DNA from: Candidatus Hydrogenedentota bacterium
GTDB taxonomy: Bacteria > Hydrogenedentota > Hydrogenedentia > Hydrogenedentales > SLHB01
Reading direction: 5' to 3'
Assembly (NCBI GenBank): GCA_045863295.1
Contig: BTWA01000038.1
Span: 1-48,316 of the forward strand
DNA length: 48,316 nt
This document shows positions 17,611 through 26,702 of the stretch, piece after piece. Every line of letters begins with the position of its first letter. Position 1 is the first letter of the stretch. The position numbers and the translations under genes were made by a program. The notes beneath the pieces are model-generated. The model had not been told where the DNA came from. It made no database searches and worked only from the letters and a program-made list of their open reading frames with translations.

Positions 17611-18749
17611 AGGGACGCCACCTTTGAAGGTGACGGCACGGCCGAACCCGCAACTTCTTCCAACAAGCGCCAGGTGTGGTCTGTGGCGGCTGACCAAGTA
17701 AAGTCTCTGTAATGTCGCTTGGCGGCCTCTCCCAAACGCCTTCTGAGCACCATGTCGTCCAATACCTTACAGACGGCCGCCTCAAGGGCCGCGATATCTC
17801 CATAGGGAACCAAGAGCCCGGTCTCGCCATTCTTTACGGAATCGCACAACCCGGGAACGTCAAATCCAATAGTAGGTGTGGAGCAAAGCGCAGCCTCGGG
17901 TATCGTCAATCCGAAGCCTTCCTTGCGAGACAAATGGCACATCGCCCAACCGGATTGATACATCTGTCGCTTGGCAGCTTCATCGACATATCCGTGGAAA
18001 CGCACGCAGTGAGTTAACCCAAGGCTCTGCATTAGTTGCTCCAAATACGGACGCGCATCGCCGTCGCCTGCGATGTCCAGCACAAGTTCCGGGTAGCGTT
18101 TACGTAAGCGCGGCATTAGTTTTATAATGAAATCGATGCCTTTATAGCGTTTAAGGCGGCCGACGTAGATCAACGAAGGGTTGGACGACTTTTGCCCAGG
18201 AGAGTAGGCATTAGTATTAACACCATAAGATGTCAAATGGACGCGCTCTTGGAATAGCCCCATCTCGACCAGTTCTGTTCTCGTACTCTCAGACCCCGTG
18301 AGAATGCGACATTGCCCATAAACGCTTGGAATTAAGGCTTCTCCGGCTCGAATTGTCCATGCTATGGGCATCGGCAATTCGAACGATGCGGCGTCACCAA
18401 ACAAGTGGTGGACGAAACCAGCTACCGGCACAGAGGTCCAGAGCGGCGTCATTACTGGAATCTTATTGATAACCTCGAGAACGAGGTCCGGATCATGCGT
18501 GCGAACAAGTTTTTGTATATACCGAGGTACAAAGAGCGGGAATGTGTAGTCACTCCCCACCCGGACAACGCGGATGCCATCAATGACCTCTTCTGGCCGG
18601 GCACCACGAAAGCCCGAAGATAACAGTGTCACGGAGCAACCGGGGTGGGATTTAGCGCCAAACACATTCCAAATGTGTTCTTCCGCGCCCCCTGACTTTG
18701 AGTTGCGGATATCCCGCCAATTGACGATCAATACCCGTCGCAACGCCAT
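17607..18749 (-). CDS. Glycosyltransferase family 4 (GT-B)
   Basis: NWRDI...GGAE, YVGRLKRYKG and EGFGLTIPEA (ExFGxxxxE motif). Confidence 0.92.
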   Translation of the reverse strand: MALRRVLIVNWRDIRNSKSGGAEEHIWNVFGAKSHPGCSVTLLSSGFRGARPEEVIDGIRVVRVGSDYTFPLFVPRYIQKLVRTHDPDLVLEVINKIPVMTPLWTSVPVAGFVHHLFGDAASFELPMPIAWTIRAGEALIPSVYGQCRILTGSESTRTELVEMGLFQERVHLTSYGVNTNAYSPGQKSSNPSLIYVGRLKRYKGIDFIIKLMPRLRKRYPELVLDIAGDGDARPYLEQLMQSLGLTHCVRFHGYVDEAAKRQMYQSGWAMCHLSRKEGFGLTIPEAALCSTPTIGFDVPGLCDSVKNGETGLLVPYGDIAALEAAVCKVLDDMVLRRRLGEAAKRHYRDFTWSAATDHTWRLLEEVAGSAVPSPSKVASL

Positions 18750-18972
18750 GCTGAACGCCTCGCAGGTCTAAGATTGCTAAGTTAGACGACCAGAGAACCC
18801 AACGCGGGTAAGAAAAAGCTCGACTCTGTATGCTCTAGGAGTTCCGTTGCCGAAAATACAGCCTCACCATAAATCTACTTCTTGAAGAGGCCCCACAACA
18901 GCCGTAATAGCTCTGCTCATTCGTGTGTTTGATAATCATAGTACATCCAATTTCCCATTCTGTCAATCCCAT

Positions 18973-21306
18973 TCAGGGCAATCCAGGCAAAGACGGAATT
19001 TCCGGTACTGGAATCTGGGGTAAGTGGGCGTCAATTCCGGGGATAGAAGGGAGTGGCATGGGATTGGGAATCGTCGGATCCTGGGACTGTGGCTGGTTCG
19101 CCTGAGCCGCAAGCCGACTCATCAGTTCCGAGAGGCCGGGCTGGTTCGAATCAATGGATAACGATTGCGAAAATGATTGCATGGCGCGCAAATTGTCTTT
19201 CTTGGATTCCAAATAGATCATTCCCATTTCCCGATGGACTTTTGCCTCCCGATACGGGAAGGTCGCCATGCGTTGGAGTTGGGCTATGGCGTCGTCGGTT
19301 CTACCCAGTCCTTTAAGGCAATCGACCGCGAGCCAATTCGCCTCGGGATCCAACGGGTCTTCCGTCAACAAGGCTTCCATTTGCTCAAGGGCAGCGGCGA
19401 ATTGCTGGGTCTGAACATATACCTTTCCCAAATTCCGGCGTGTCAACAGGTAGTCCGGATCGAGATCTACAGCGCGGGCATAATACGATTCAGCATCCTT
19501 CAGCAACCCGGACTCGGCGCAGGCGCTGCCGATATTGTTCAAGGCTTCCTTTGTGTCGCCACCCACGCTCAGCGCCAAGTCGAACGATGCAACGGCCGAT
19601 TCCGTGTCATTCCGTTCCAGATGATGCCTCCCACGCGCGAAATGATAGTCTGAGAGAATCATGCCCGCAGTGAGATCCCCGCGCACATCGGACGGGTCAA
19701 GTGTAGTCCAGGTGTAGCTATTCCACAGCGACTCGTTGTCCAGCAGAGACTCACCTTGCCGCAACACACGATACAACAGTCCCGCATTGACCATTCGCGC
19801 GCCCGGTATTCCGTCGACCGGACGTTTTCGGGTGAAGTAGACAGGCCGGTCCGGGTTGTTCTGGATAATCCAGTCTTCGATTACTTGCTCCTCCTGGGCC
19901 GTCGGGATCTTTCGAAAACTCCTGCGCTGCATCTCTGGCATACCTTTGTATAACTCTTCCTCCGGGTATCCGTACTTGTTGGCGAGCGTGACATCCGGTC
20001 TTAGTCCGTCTACGGCCTGCAAATAGAGGATGGGAAACGTCGCATGATCCGCCGTCGGAAAGTAGATCGCATTGGGTTCCATGGATGCGAGAGTGTTCAA
20101 CGCATAGTCGCGGCTCCAAGTGTAATCACTCTTGTCCGTGGACTCATAGTGAATCGTCAAGGGAATAAGGGGTGCAATAAGCGCAAGTACATTTCCTGCC
20201 CACTTCAGGGACATCCCTTTCACCCGCTGTTCGGCAATCCATGCAAGCCCGGCACCTGCAAACGCGGCCGCGGCAAAATACGACGGGATCCAGAACGTGC
20301 TATTGAGCCAAATGGATATCTTGTCCAGGTCAAAATTGATGGTAAGGATGGTTCCAAACGCCACGTACAGCAGTAACCCGAGCAGCGTCACGGCTCGGGC
20401 CCGGTCCTTTCTCCAAAGTGAATACAGACCAAGAAATGGTAACCATGCCAAGAGCCATGTGAATTCCTGACCGGCTCGCTCGAAGAATACTCCCACTTGC
20501 CCAACAAACCGGGAAATGCTTCTACTATTCTCGGTGTATCCAAATGCGTACTGTTGCCGGGTTATCACGTCTTTGAAGTTCTGCCATGTCTCGGGATTTC
20601 CCCAGTCAACCGCAGGATTAGCGGCCGACCTGATTGGCAGGTAGAGATATGTCAGGCCAGCCACCCCAAAGGCAACCAGCATCATTAACAAGTAGGTCTC
20701 GTAAACTAGCGGATCCTTCCATTGGTGCCGGTTCATGTACAGGATGCATGCCCCGAAAAATGGACCCAGAAAGGCCATGAGATGATGGTTTGCCAGTCCG
20801 AGACCGTACACCACAGCAAAAAGATACAGATAGCGCTTCGTGCGATATTCGCGCCACAACTCAAGAATGACCAGACAGAGGGCAATAAGGAATGTGTTGA
20901 GCGAGTAGACCTCGGCGATGACACTTTGTTCCCAATGCTCCGCCGAGAATGCGAAAATCGCCGCGCCGCCAAACGCCGCCCAAGCGTTATCGGTAAATCG
21001 TCTTATGATCCACGCCAGTAAAGCCGCCGCGCCTGCGCCAAAGAGCGCCGATAGAAGTGTCACCCGCCAAGGCACGCTCCCAATAGGAATAAGCGTAAAG
21101 GCGTTTCCCAACATACACCAGAGCGGATACCCGGAGGGGTGTGGGATCCCCGCTGTATAAGCTGCGGCTACTAGTTCCCCGCTGTCTTCGCCTGTCAAAT
21201 CCAATCCAAGAGTTGACCAATACACAGCCATAGCAGTAAGAAAGACCACCGGGAGCAGGAATTTTGAACAAGGCGGACCAAGGCTGAAAAGAAGTGTCCT
21301 GTGCAT
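18973..21306 (-). CDS. DUF2723/TMEM260-like GT-C membrane glycosyltransferase with C-terminal TPRs
   Basis: GEDSGEL...GIPHPSGYPL, AEVYSL, ANHH and WGNP motifs, multiple TM helices, TPR repeats and a Pro-rich tail. Confidence 0.85.
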   Translation of the reverse strand: MHRTLLFSLGPPCSKFLLPVVFLTAMAVYWSTLGLDLTGEDSGELVAAAYTAGIPHPSGYPLWCMLGNAFTLIPIGSVPWRVTLLSALFGAGAAALLAWIIRRFTDNAWAAFGGAAIFAFSAEHWEQSVIAEVYSLNTFLIALCLVILELWREYRTKRYLYLFAVVYGLGLANHHLMAFLGPFFGACILYMNRHQWKDPLVYETYLLMMLVAFGVAGLTYLYLPIRSAANPAVDWGNPETWQNFKDVITRQQYAFGYTENSRSISRFVGQVGVFFERAGQEFTWLLAWLPFLGLYSLWRKDRARAVTLLGLLLYVAFGTILTINFDLDKISIWLNSTFWIPSYFAAAAFAGAGLAWIAEQRVKGMSLKWAGNVLALIAPLIPLTIHYESTDKSDYTWSRDYALNTLASMEPNAIYFPTADHATFPILYLQAVDGLRPDVTLANKYGYPEEELYKGMPEMQRRSFRKIPTAQEEQVIEDWIIQNNPDRPVYFTRKRPVDGIPGARMVNAGLLYRVLRQGESLLDNESLWNSYTWTTLDPSDVRGDLTAGMILSDYHFARGRHHLERNDTESAVASFDLALSVGGDTKEALNNIGSACAESGLLKDAESYYARAVDLDPDYLLTRRNLGKVYVQTQQFAAALEQMEALLTEDPLDPEANWLAVDCLKGLGRTDDAIAQLQRMATFPYREAKVHREMGMIYLESKKDNLRAMQSFSQSLSIDSNQPGLSELMSRLAAQANQPQSQDPTIPNPMPLPSIPGIDAHLPQIPVPEIPSLPGLP

Positions 21307-21423
21307 CGGGTAAACTCTGTTGGTAGATCACCCAACATGCTATACTGCCTCGCATAATTAATCCAAGACCGCGAAAGCGAGTCCTTACATTCAAACCATG
21401 AAGCCTTGGAGAGCTTGCGAACA

Positions 21424-22965
21424 GTGCTAGCGCGAGTCCAATCGAGTGCCATTTTTGGCATCGACGGCATTCCATTGTCGGTCGAAGTGGACAATTATCC
21501 CGGCATCTACAAATTCACCATCGTAGGACTGCCGGATGCTGCGGTCAAAGAGAGCCAGGAAAGGGTAGGTTCGGCCATTAAGAACTCGGGATTCCGGGCA
21601 CCGCGCGGCGTTACAGTCGTCAATCTGGCCCCTGCTGACATCCGCAAAGAAGGAAGTGCACTCGACCTCCCTATTGCCATAGGAATCTTGGCGGCCAGTG
21701 ATCAGATCAAGGGAGAGCGCCTTGCCCATTACTCGATGATCGGCGAGTTGGCGTTGAACGGTGCCGTCCGGCCCGTAGCGGGTGCGCTGCCCATGACCAT
21801 CGCGGCCCGAGACCAGGGGCTTGTCGGCATTCTGGTACCCGGGGCGAATGCACAGGAAGCCGGCGTGGTACCCGGCATCAACGTCATCCCAGTCGAGAGA
21901 CTTGTTGACGCAGCAAGTTTCCTATCAGGTACTGCAAATATCGAACCGACAATGACCAACGTCGATGACCTCATACTACGTGGGCAAAGTAACGGTTATG
22001 ACTTAAGTGACGTGAAAGGCCAAGCCTCGGCGAAACGTGCTTTAATCATCGCTGCCTCCGGTGGTCACAACCTGCTGATGGTAGGCCCACCGGGCACCGG
22101 AAAGACCATGCTCGCATCCCGTTTGCCCGGCATTCTCCCGGACATGACTTTTGACGAAGCCTTGGAGACCACGCGTATTTACAGTGTCGCGGGGACACTC
22201 ACTGAAGGCAAGCAACTGATTACCCACCGCCCTTTCCGAGCACCGCACCACACCGCGACGACCGTGGCCATTAGCGGCGGCGGCCATGGTCAGCGCCCAA
22301 TGCCCGGCGAAGTGAGCATGGCGCACAACGGCGTACTTTTTCTCGACGAGTTGCCGGAGTTCAATCGCGGGGCTTTGGAAGTGCTGCGGCAGCCGTTAGA
22401 AGACGGGTTGGTCCATATTAGACGGGCGATGTACTCGGTCACGTTTCCATCGCGATTCCTGCTTGTCGTCGCTTTAAACTCGTGCCCATGCGGATATCGG
22501 TCACATCCCGCGAAGACCTGTCGCTGCACGATTGGGGAAATTCAACGATACATGAGCCGCCTATCCGGGCCGCTGCTTGACCGCATCGACCTCCATATCG
22601 ATGTCCCCGCACTGACCTATGATGAAATCTCCGACAGGCAACCCAGCGGCCCAACCAGTGCTGAGGTCCGGATAGCGGTACAGAAAGCGCGAAACCGGCA
22701 ACGAGCACGGCACAACCGCAAATTTGCCTGCAACGCTCATTTGGACTCCAAAGCCGTGCGGGAAATTTGCACCACAGAGTCCGGAGCCGGGAGACTCCTC
22801 CAAAATGCGATGGAGCAACTCGGATTGAGCGCCCGTGCGTATGACAAGGTGCTTCGTGTAGCAAGAACCATCGCGGACTTGGACGAGTCTGACTTGATTT
22901 CTGAATCACATGTCGGGGAGGCCATACAGTATCGGTCGTTGGACCGGCAATTGTTGAGTGTGTGA
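21424..22965 (+). CDS. comM: YifB/ComM Mg-chelatase-like AAA+ ATPase (3' part probably island-supplied)
   Basis: VGLPDAAVKES.ERV, NLAPADIRKEG, GPPGTGKT, FRAPHHT, FLDELPEF, CPCG, LSGPLLDRID and LSARAYDK. GTG start at 21424 (MLARV...). Confidence 0.95.
   Translation: MLARVQSSAIFGIDGIPLSVEVDNYPGIYKFTIVGLPDAAVKESQERVGSAIKNSGFRAPRGVTVVNLAPADIRKEGSALDLPIAIGILAASDQIKGERLAHYSMIGELALNGAVRPVAGALPMTIAARDQGLVGILVPGANAQEAGVVPGINVIPVERLVDAASFLSGTANIEPTMTNVDDLILRGQSNGYDLSDVKGQASAKRALIIAASGGHNLLMVGPPGTGKTMLASRLPGILPDMTFDEALETTRIYSVAGTLTEGKQLITHRPFRAPHHTATTVAISGGGHGQRPMPGEVSMAHNGVLFLDELPEFNRGALEVLRQPLEDGLVHIRRAMYSVTFPSRFLLVVALNSCPCGYRSHPAKTCRCTIGEIQRYMSRLSGPLLDRIDLHIDVPALTYDEISDRQPSGPTSAEVRIAVQKARNRQRARHNRKFACNAHLDSKAVREICTTESGAGRLLQNAMEQLGLSARAYDKVLRVARTIADLDESDLISESHVGEAIQYRSLDRQLLSV
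22483..22490 (+). repeat. attL-like core TGCCCATG
   Basis: Identical to 29533-29540; the match extends as TGCCCATG(C/T)GG(A/C)TA. Confidence 0.75.
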
Positions 22966-23354
22966 CACGCTGATGTTGTTCAGGCATGGAAATCGTTTGT
23001 CGATCAAACTATGGACAACTGCCAGCCGATTGGTTGTCAATTTTGAGGTAGCCCGAAAGGGACACCCCACCACGGGCTGCTACTTCCGGCGTCCTATATG
23101 GATATTGAAGGGTTGATTAAGTTTTGTCCAATAAATAGACAAATCGCGACGACAGAATTCTAACTATTTTACACTGGGTTCTGAAGCGTAGGCTCTTGAA
23201 ATACACCGATTGCGCACTCTAACACCATTCCCCATCGGATGTTGCACATCTTTTCCTCTATTGACTTGCACAAGGGCATGAGACTTGCCTGTTCTCTTCA
23301 CTTCCGACGAATCAAGGACCTAGGGGTAGTTCTAGATTTTGAAAAGAGGTCGGC

Positions 23355-25118
23355 ATGAAACCGGGTAAAGACACTTTCGTCTTCAAGAATGACCGTCCAT
23401 GGCCCAATATGCGCATGGGAACCGCCGCGATCGTCGGCCATACCACAAGCTCGTCAACTAGGCTCTGGTTTCGAACCGGGATACTTGGCGATTTCCGAAT
23501 CCTGCTATTTGATCGTGAATCAGCAAACGATCCCACGACCAAGGCAATTCTGCGACAAGTGCCATTGCCCCCCAATCGGATTCCTGCGGCGGCCCTTCAA
23601 GTTCCTTTCAGCATTAAGAACTGGAATACAGACTCGACAACCGTAGTGGACATAACGGATCTCGCGCCCGACACGGAATATTTCTATGCGCTCTATTGGC
23701 TAAGTGATGACCCCAAAGAGCAACGAGTGTACCTGGGACAAGACGACCTTCGCCGTTTTAGGACAATGCCACCGGACGAAAGTCTCTCTCCCATCTCCTT
23801 CGGCTTCTATTCTTGCAACCGCCCCTTTGATGTGGGCACTTTTGGAAAGACACTTGTGAGCAACATCGAGCTTTGGGATATGTTTCTCGAAGCCTTGGAC
23901 CGTCATAGCGGTAGAAACGCTAGTTCCGTATCTGGAGAAACCAGCCCCCGTGATCTCCGTTTCGTCATTGGCGGCGGTGACCAGGTGTATGTCGATGGCA
24001 TTGAAACCCTTGATATTTGGAAGTATTTGAACAAGAAGATGCGGCTTGGTCCCAAAGGGGCGCTCCTGCCAACCAAGGCGGACATGGTCAGTTGGTATCG
24101 CGATATTTACCGGGGCTATTGGGGATTTCCCGCTTTCCAACAGGTCCACTCCAACTATCCAACCTACATGATTTGGGATGACCACGAGATCCATGACGGA
24201 TGGGGGTCATACGACTGGTCTGATGACAAAGCACTCGTGAAGCGATTCCTGCCCAGCCTTGGGAGCAGGAAGTCCCCGTTGACCATTCAACAAGGACGCG
24301 AGCTCGCCGAACGGATGGTCGAGACTGCCAAACTCGTGTACGAAGAGTACGAACACTCCCATAATCCAAAAACCCCCAAGAATCAGTACGATTACGGATT
24401 CTATGCCGGCCCCTGTGCCTTCTATGTTCTGGATGGCCGGGGCGTCCGGGACCTGTCACGGCCATCTCACCGAATTCTCGGCAAGGAACAGCATAGCCGC
24501 TTTAGAGAGTGGTTGGGCCTGCCTTCGACCCGATCCAAGCCATTTCTCTTCGTGGTCTCCGCCGTGCCTGTGTTTCACCTTCGCGCCATCCTCGGCAAGG
24601 AGAAGCTCGTGTCCAAACTCGGGACACTGGCGGACGATCTCAGGGACTCATGGGAAAACGAATTGAACGAGGAAGAACGTTCGGAACTCCTGGAGACTCT
24701 TTTCGAGGCGACAACACGTGGACAGCGCGTATCCATCTTAAGCGGCGATGTCCATGTGGCCGCGGCGTTTTCAGTGAGGAGTCCCTCGGGAGGCGTGTTG
24801 TATCAGCTGACCTCAAGCGCGATAACCTACAATGTCTCGCGAATGCTGGGCATGATACTTGGATTAGGCATACCGGATTCTGGTCGAACAGACGATGGCT
24901 ACGAGTTTGAACGTCTTGCGTTGTACAGAGAGAGCAATTTTTCCATTGTAAAAGCCGATCCAAACGATGGCCAAGTGACCTTTCAGCTGTATGGACGGCA
25001 AGCTGGCACAGACCCGGAGCGAGAACTAATTGCCGACTTCGAAAAGCTAGCGGCTAAACTGGACCGCAAACCGTCGCTCTCCCATTCCATCGCAAAGCTG
25101 AAACTCGACTTTAGGTGA
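23355..25118 (+). CDS. PhoD-like (alkaline phosphatase D family) metallophosphatase, no signal peptide
   Basis: YSCN, GDQVYVD, WDDHEI.DGW, LDGR..RD, DSW and LSGDVH motifs, with an N-terminal FN3-like region. Confidence 0.88.
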   Translation: MKPGKDTFVFKNDRPWPNMRMGTAAIVGHTTSSSTRLWFRTGILGDFRILLFDRESANDPTTKAILRQVPLPPNRIPAAALQVPFSIKNWNTDSTTVVDITDLAPDTEYFYALYWLSDDPKEQRVYLGQDDLRRFRTMPPDESLSPISFGFYSCNRPFDVGTFGKTLVSNIELWDMFLEALDRHSGRNASSVSGETSPRDLRFVIGGGDQVYVDGIETLDIWKYLNKKMRLGPKGALLPTKADMVSWYRDIYRGYWGFPAFQQVHSNYPTYMIWDDHEIHDGWGSYDWSDDKALVKRFLPSLGSRKSPLTIQQGRELAERMVETAKLVYEEYEHSHNPKTPKNQYDYGFYAGPCAFYVLDGRGVRDLSRPSHRILGKEQHSRFREWLGLPSTRSKPFLFVVSAVPVFHLRAILGKEKLVSKLGTLADDLRDSWENELNEEERSELLETLFEATTRGQRVSILSGDVHVAAAFSVRSPSGGVLYQLTSSAITYNVSRMLGMILGLGIPDSGRTDDGYEFERLALYRESNFSIVKADPNDGQVTFQLYGRQAGTDPERELIADFEKLAAKLDRKPSLSHSIAKLKLDFR

Positions 25119-25190
25119 CCCTATCGTGCTGAGTTTCACATATCCGACATGAAACCCCTAATAGATGTCACCACACCTGGAGGACACGCC

Positions 25191-26645
25191 ATGCCGATCA
25201 CCAGAACCGCGATATTGCTCTGCCTGTTTCTCCTCTACGTCGGATTGGCGGCGGCGGAAGAACGGTTGTGGTACGGGTTACTTCATTCCCACACTGCTTT
25301 CTCAGACGGATCTGGAACTCCTGAAGAGGCGTTTAAGACCGCCCGAAAGAATGGCCTCGACTTCTTTGCGGTAACAGAGCATAACCATTCGGCCGCCGAA
25401 AGCAGCGCCGGCGAAAGGAAGGACGGAATCCTCATTGCCACCAATCATGACCTGTACAATTCGCCGACTCTGATTCCTTTGTCCATTGACGGCAGGGAAA
25501 GGAAGGTGCGGTCTGTTTTGGAAGCCGCCCGCATGGCAACAGACGAACAGTTCCTGGCCATTTACGGCCAGGAATTCTCAACCATTTCTTCGGGGAATCA
25601 CGTAAACGTCCTCGGGGCCAAGGACGTCATCACCGTTGGGAATGGAAAGTACAGCGACCTTTACGATCAGCTATCGACCAGTACGTTCCCCGTGGTCGTG
25701 CAATTGAACCACCCCGATGTCTATTCAGACCTATTTTATCAGGGGGCAAGAAGCGACACGACAAAGAAGATGTATAACGACTACGGACTGGATGATTACG
25801 AGCGGAGTTTTGCCAAGCTGGTCGCGGCCGCCGACAAACACGTTCATCTGATCGAAGTGCTCAGTGGGCCCTTTGCCACGAAAGACAAACGTGTGGACAA
25901 TCACCGGTACGAAGACCACGGCGACGATTACTATTTCTATCTGACGCAAGGATTTCACATCAGTCCATCGGTCGGCCATGACGATCACTACAGGCATTGG
26001 GGAGATAAGAGCCCCGCAAGAACGGGCGTGTATTCGGAAGAATTGACCATTCCGTCGCTATTTCAAGCAATGCAAGACAACCGCACCTTTGCCACCGAAG
26101 ATCAGAACATGGCCGTCAATCTACATGTGAATGATGCGCAAATGGGATCCAATTTGACGCTTGAACGCGACACACCATTGCAAATCCGGGTTGACGTCAA
26201 TGACAAGGATGAACCGAATCAAACCTGGGCCGTGACCTTGATTTATGGGACTGTCGAACCTCAGGCAGAGAACGGTTTTGAGGTTTGGCGGGAAATCGAT
26301 GGCGAGCAGGAAACGAAAACGGTTGAGGGAGACGGTGCTGTCGTTTTCGACGGCTATCTCGCGAGCACCGAGCCGGAGTTCTATTACGCCATAGTGGAAC
26401 AAGAGGATGGAAATCGTGCCTGGACGGCTCCCGTATGGATAAACCACCCGGCAACAGGTGCCGATCTACGCCCTGTAAGTGTCGAAACATACGTATGGAC
26501 AAGCAATCGCTCCAAGTACTACCACCACGACTGGTGTACTGTTGCCGGGAGTATTCTCTCGAAGAATCGCGTTGAGGGCCCGACGCCTCCCGATGACCGA
26601 CAGCTTCATAGCTGCACCAGGAGTACCGGGGAATCGGAACATTGA
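25191..26645 (+). CDS. Secreted PHP-family metallohydrolase (CehA/McbA-like)
   Basis: LHSHT.FSDG, TEHNH, GQEF, GNHVN, LNHP and HDDH motifs. Signal peptide after a GGAGG RBS (ATG 25191). The C-terminal KYYH..WC module is a small metal-binding-like domain. Confidence 0.82.
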   Translation: MPITRTAILLCLFLLYVGLAAAEERLWYGLLHSHTAFSDGSGTPEEAFKTARKNGLDFFAVTEHNHSAAESSAGERKDGILIATNHDLYNSPTLIPLSIDGRERKVRSVLEAARMATDEQFLAIYGQEFSTISSGNHVNVLGAKDVITVGNGKYSDLYDQLSTSTFPVVVQLNHPDVYSDLFYQGARSDTTKKMYNDYGLDDYERSFAKLVAAADKHVHLIEVLSGPFATKDKRVDNHRYEDHGDDYYFYLTQGFHISPSVGHDDHYRHWGDKSPARTGVYSEELTIPSLFQAMQDNRTFATEDQNMAVNLHVNDAQMGSNLTLERDTPLQIRVDVNDKDEPNQTWAVTLIYGTVEPQAENGFEVWREIDGEQETKTVEGDGAVVFDGYLASTEPEFYYAIVEQEDGNRAWTAPVWINHPATGADLRPVSVETYVWTSNRSKYYHHDWCTVAGSILSKNRVEGPTPPDDRQLHSCTRSTGESEH

Positions 26646-26702
26646 AAAGGTCACGGGGTAGATTGCGTTTGTTGACATTTTCCATTAACCACATTTGAGC
26701 CA

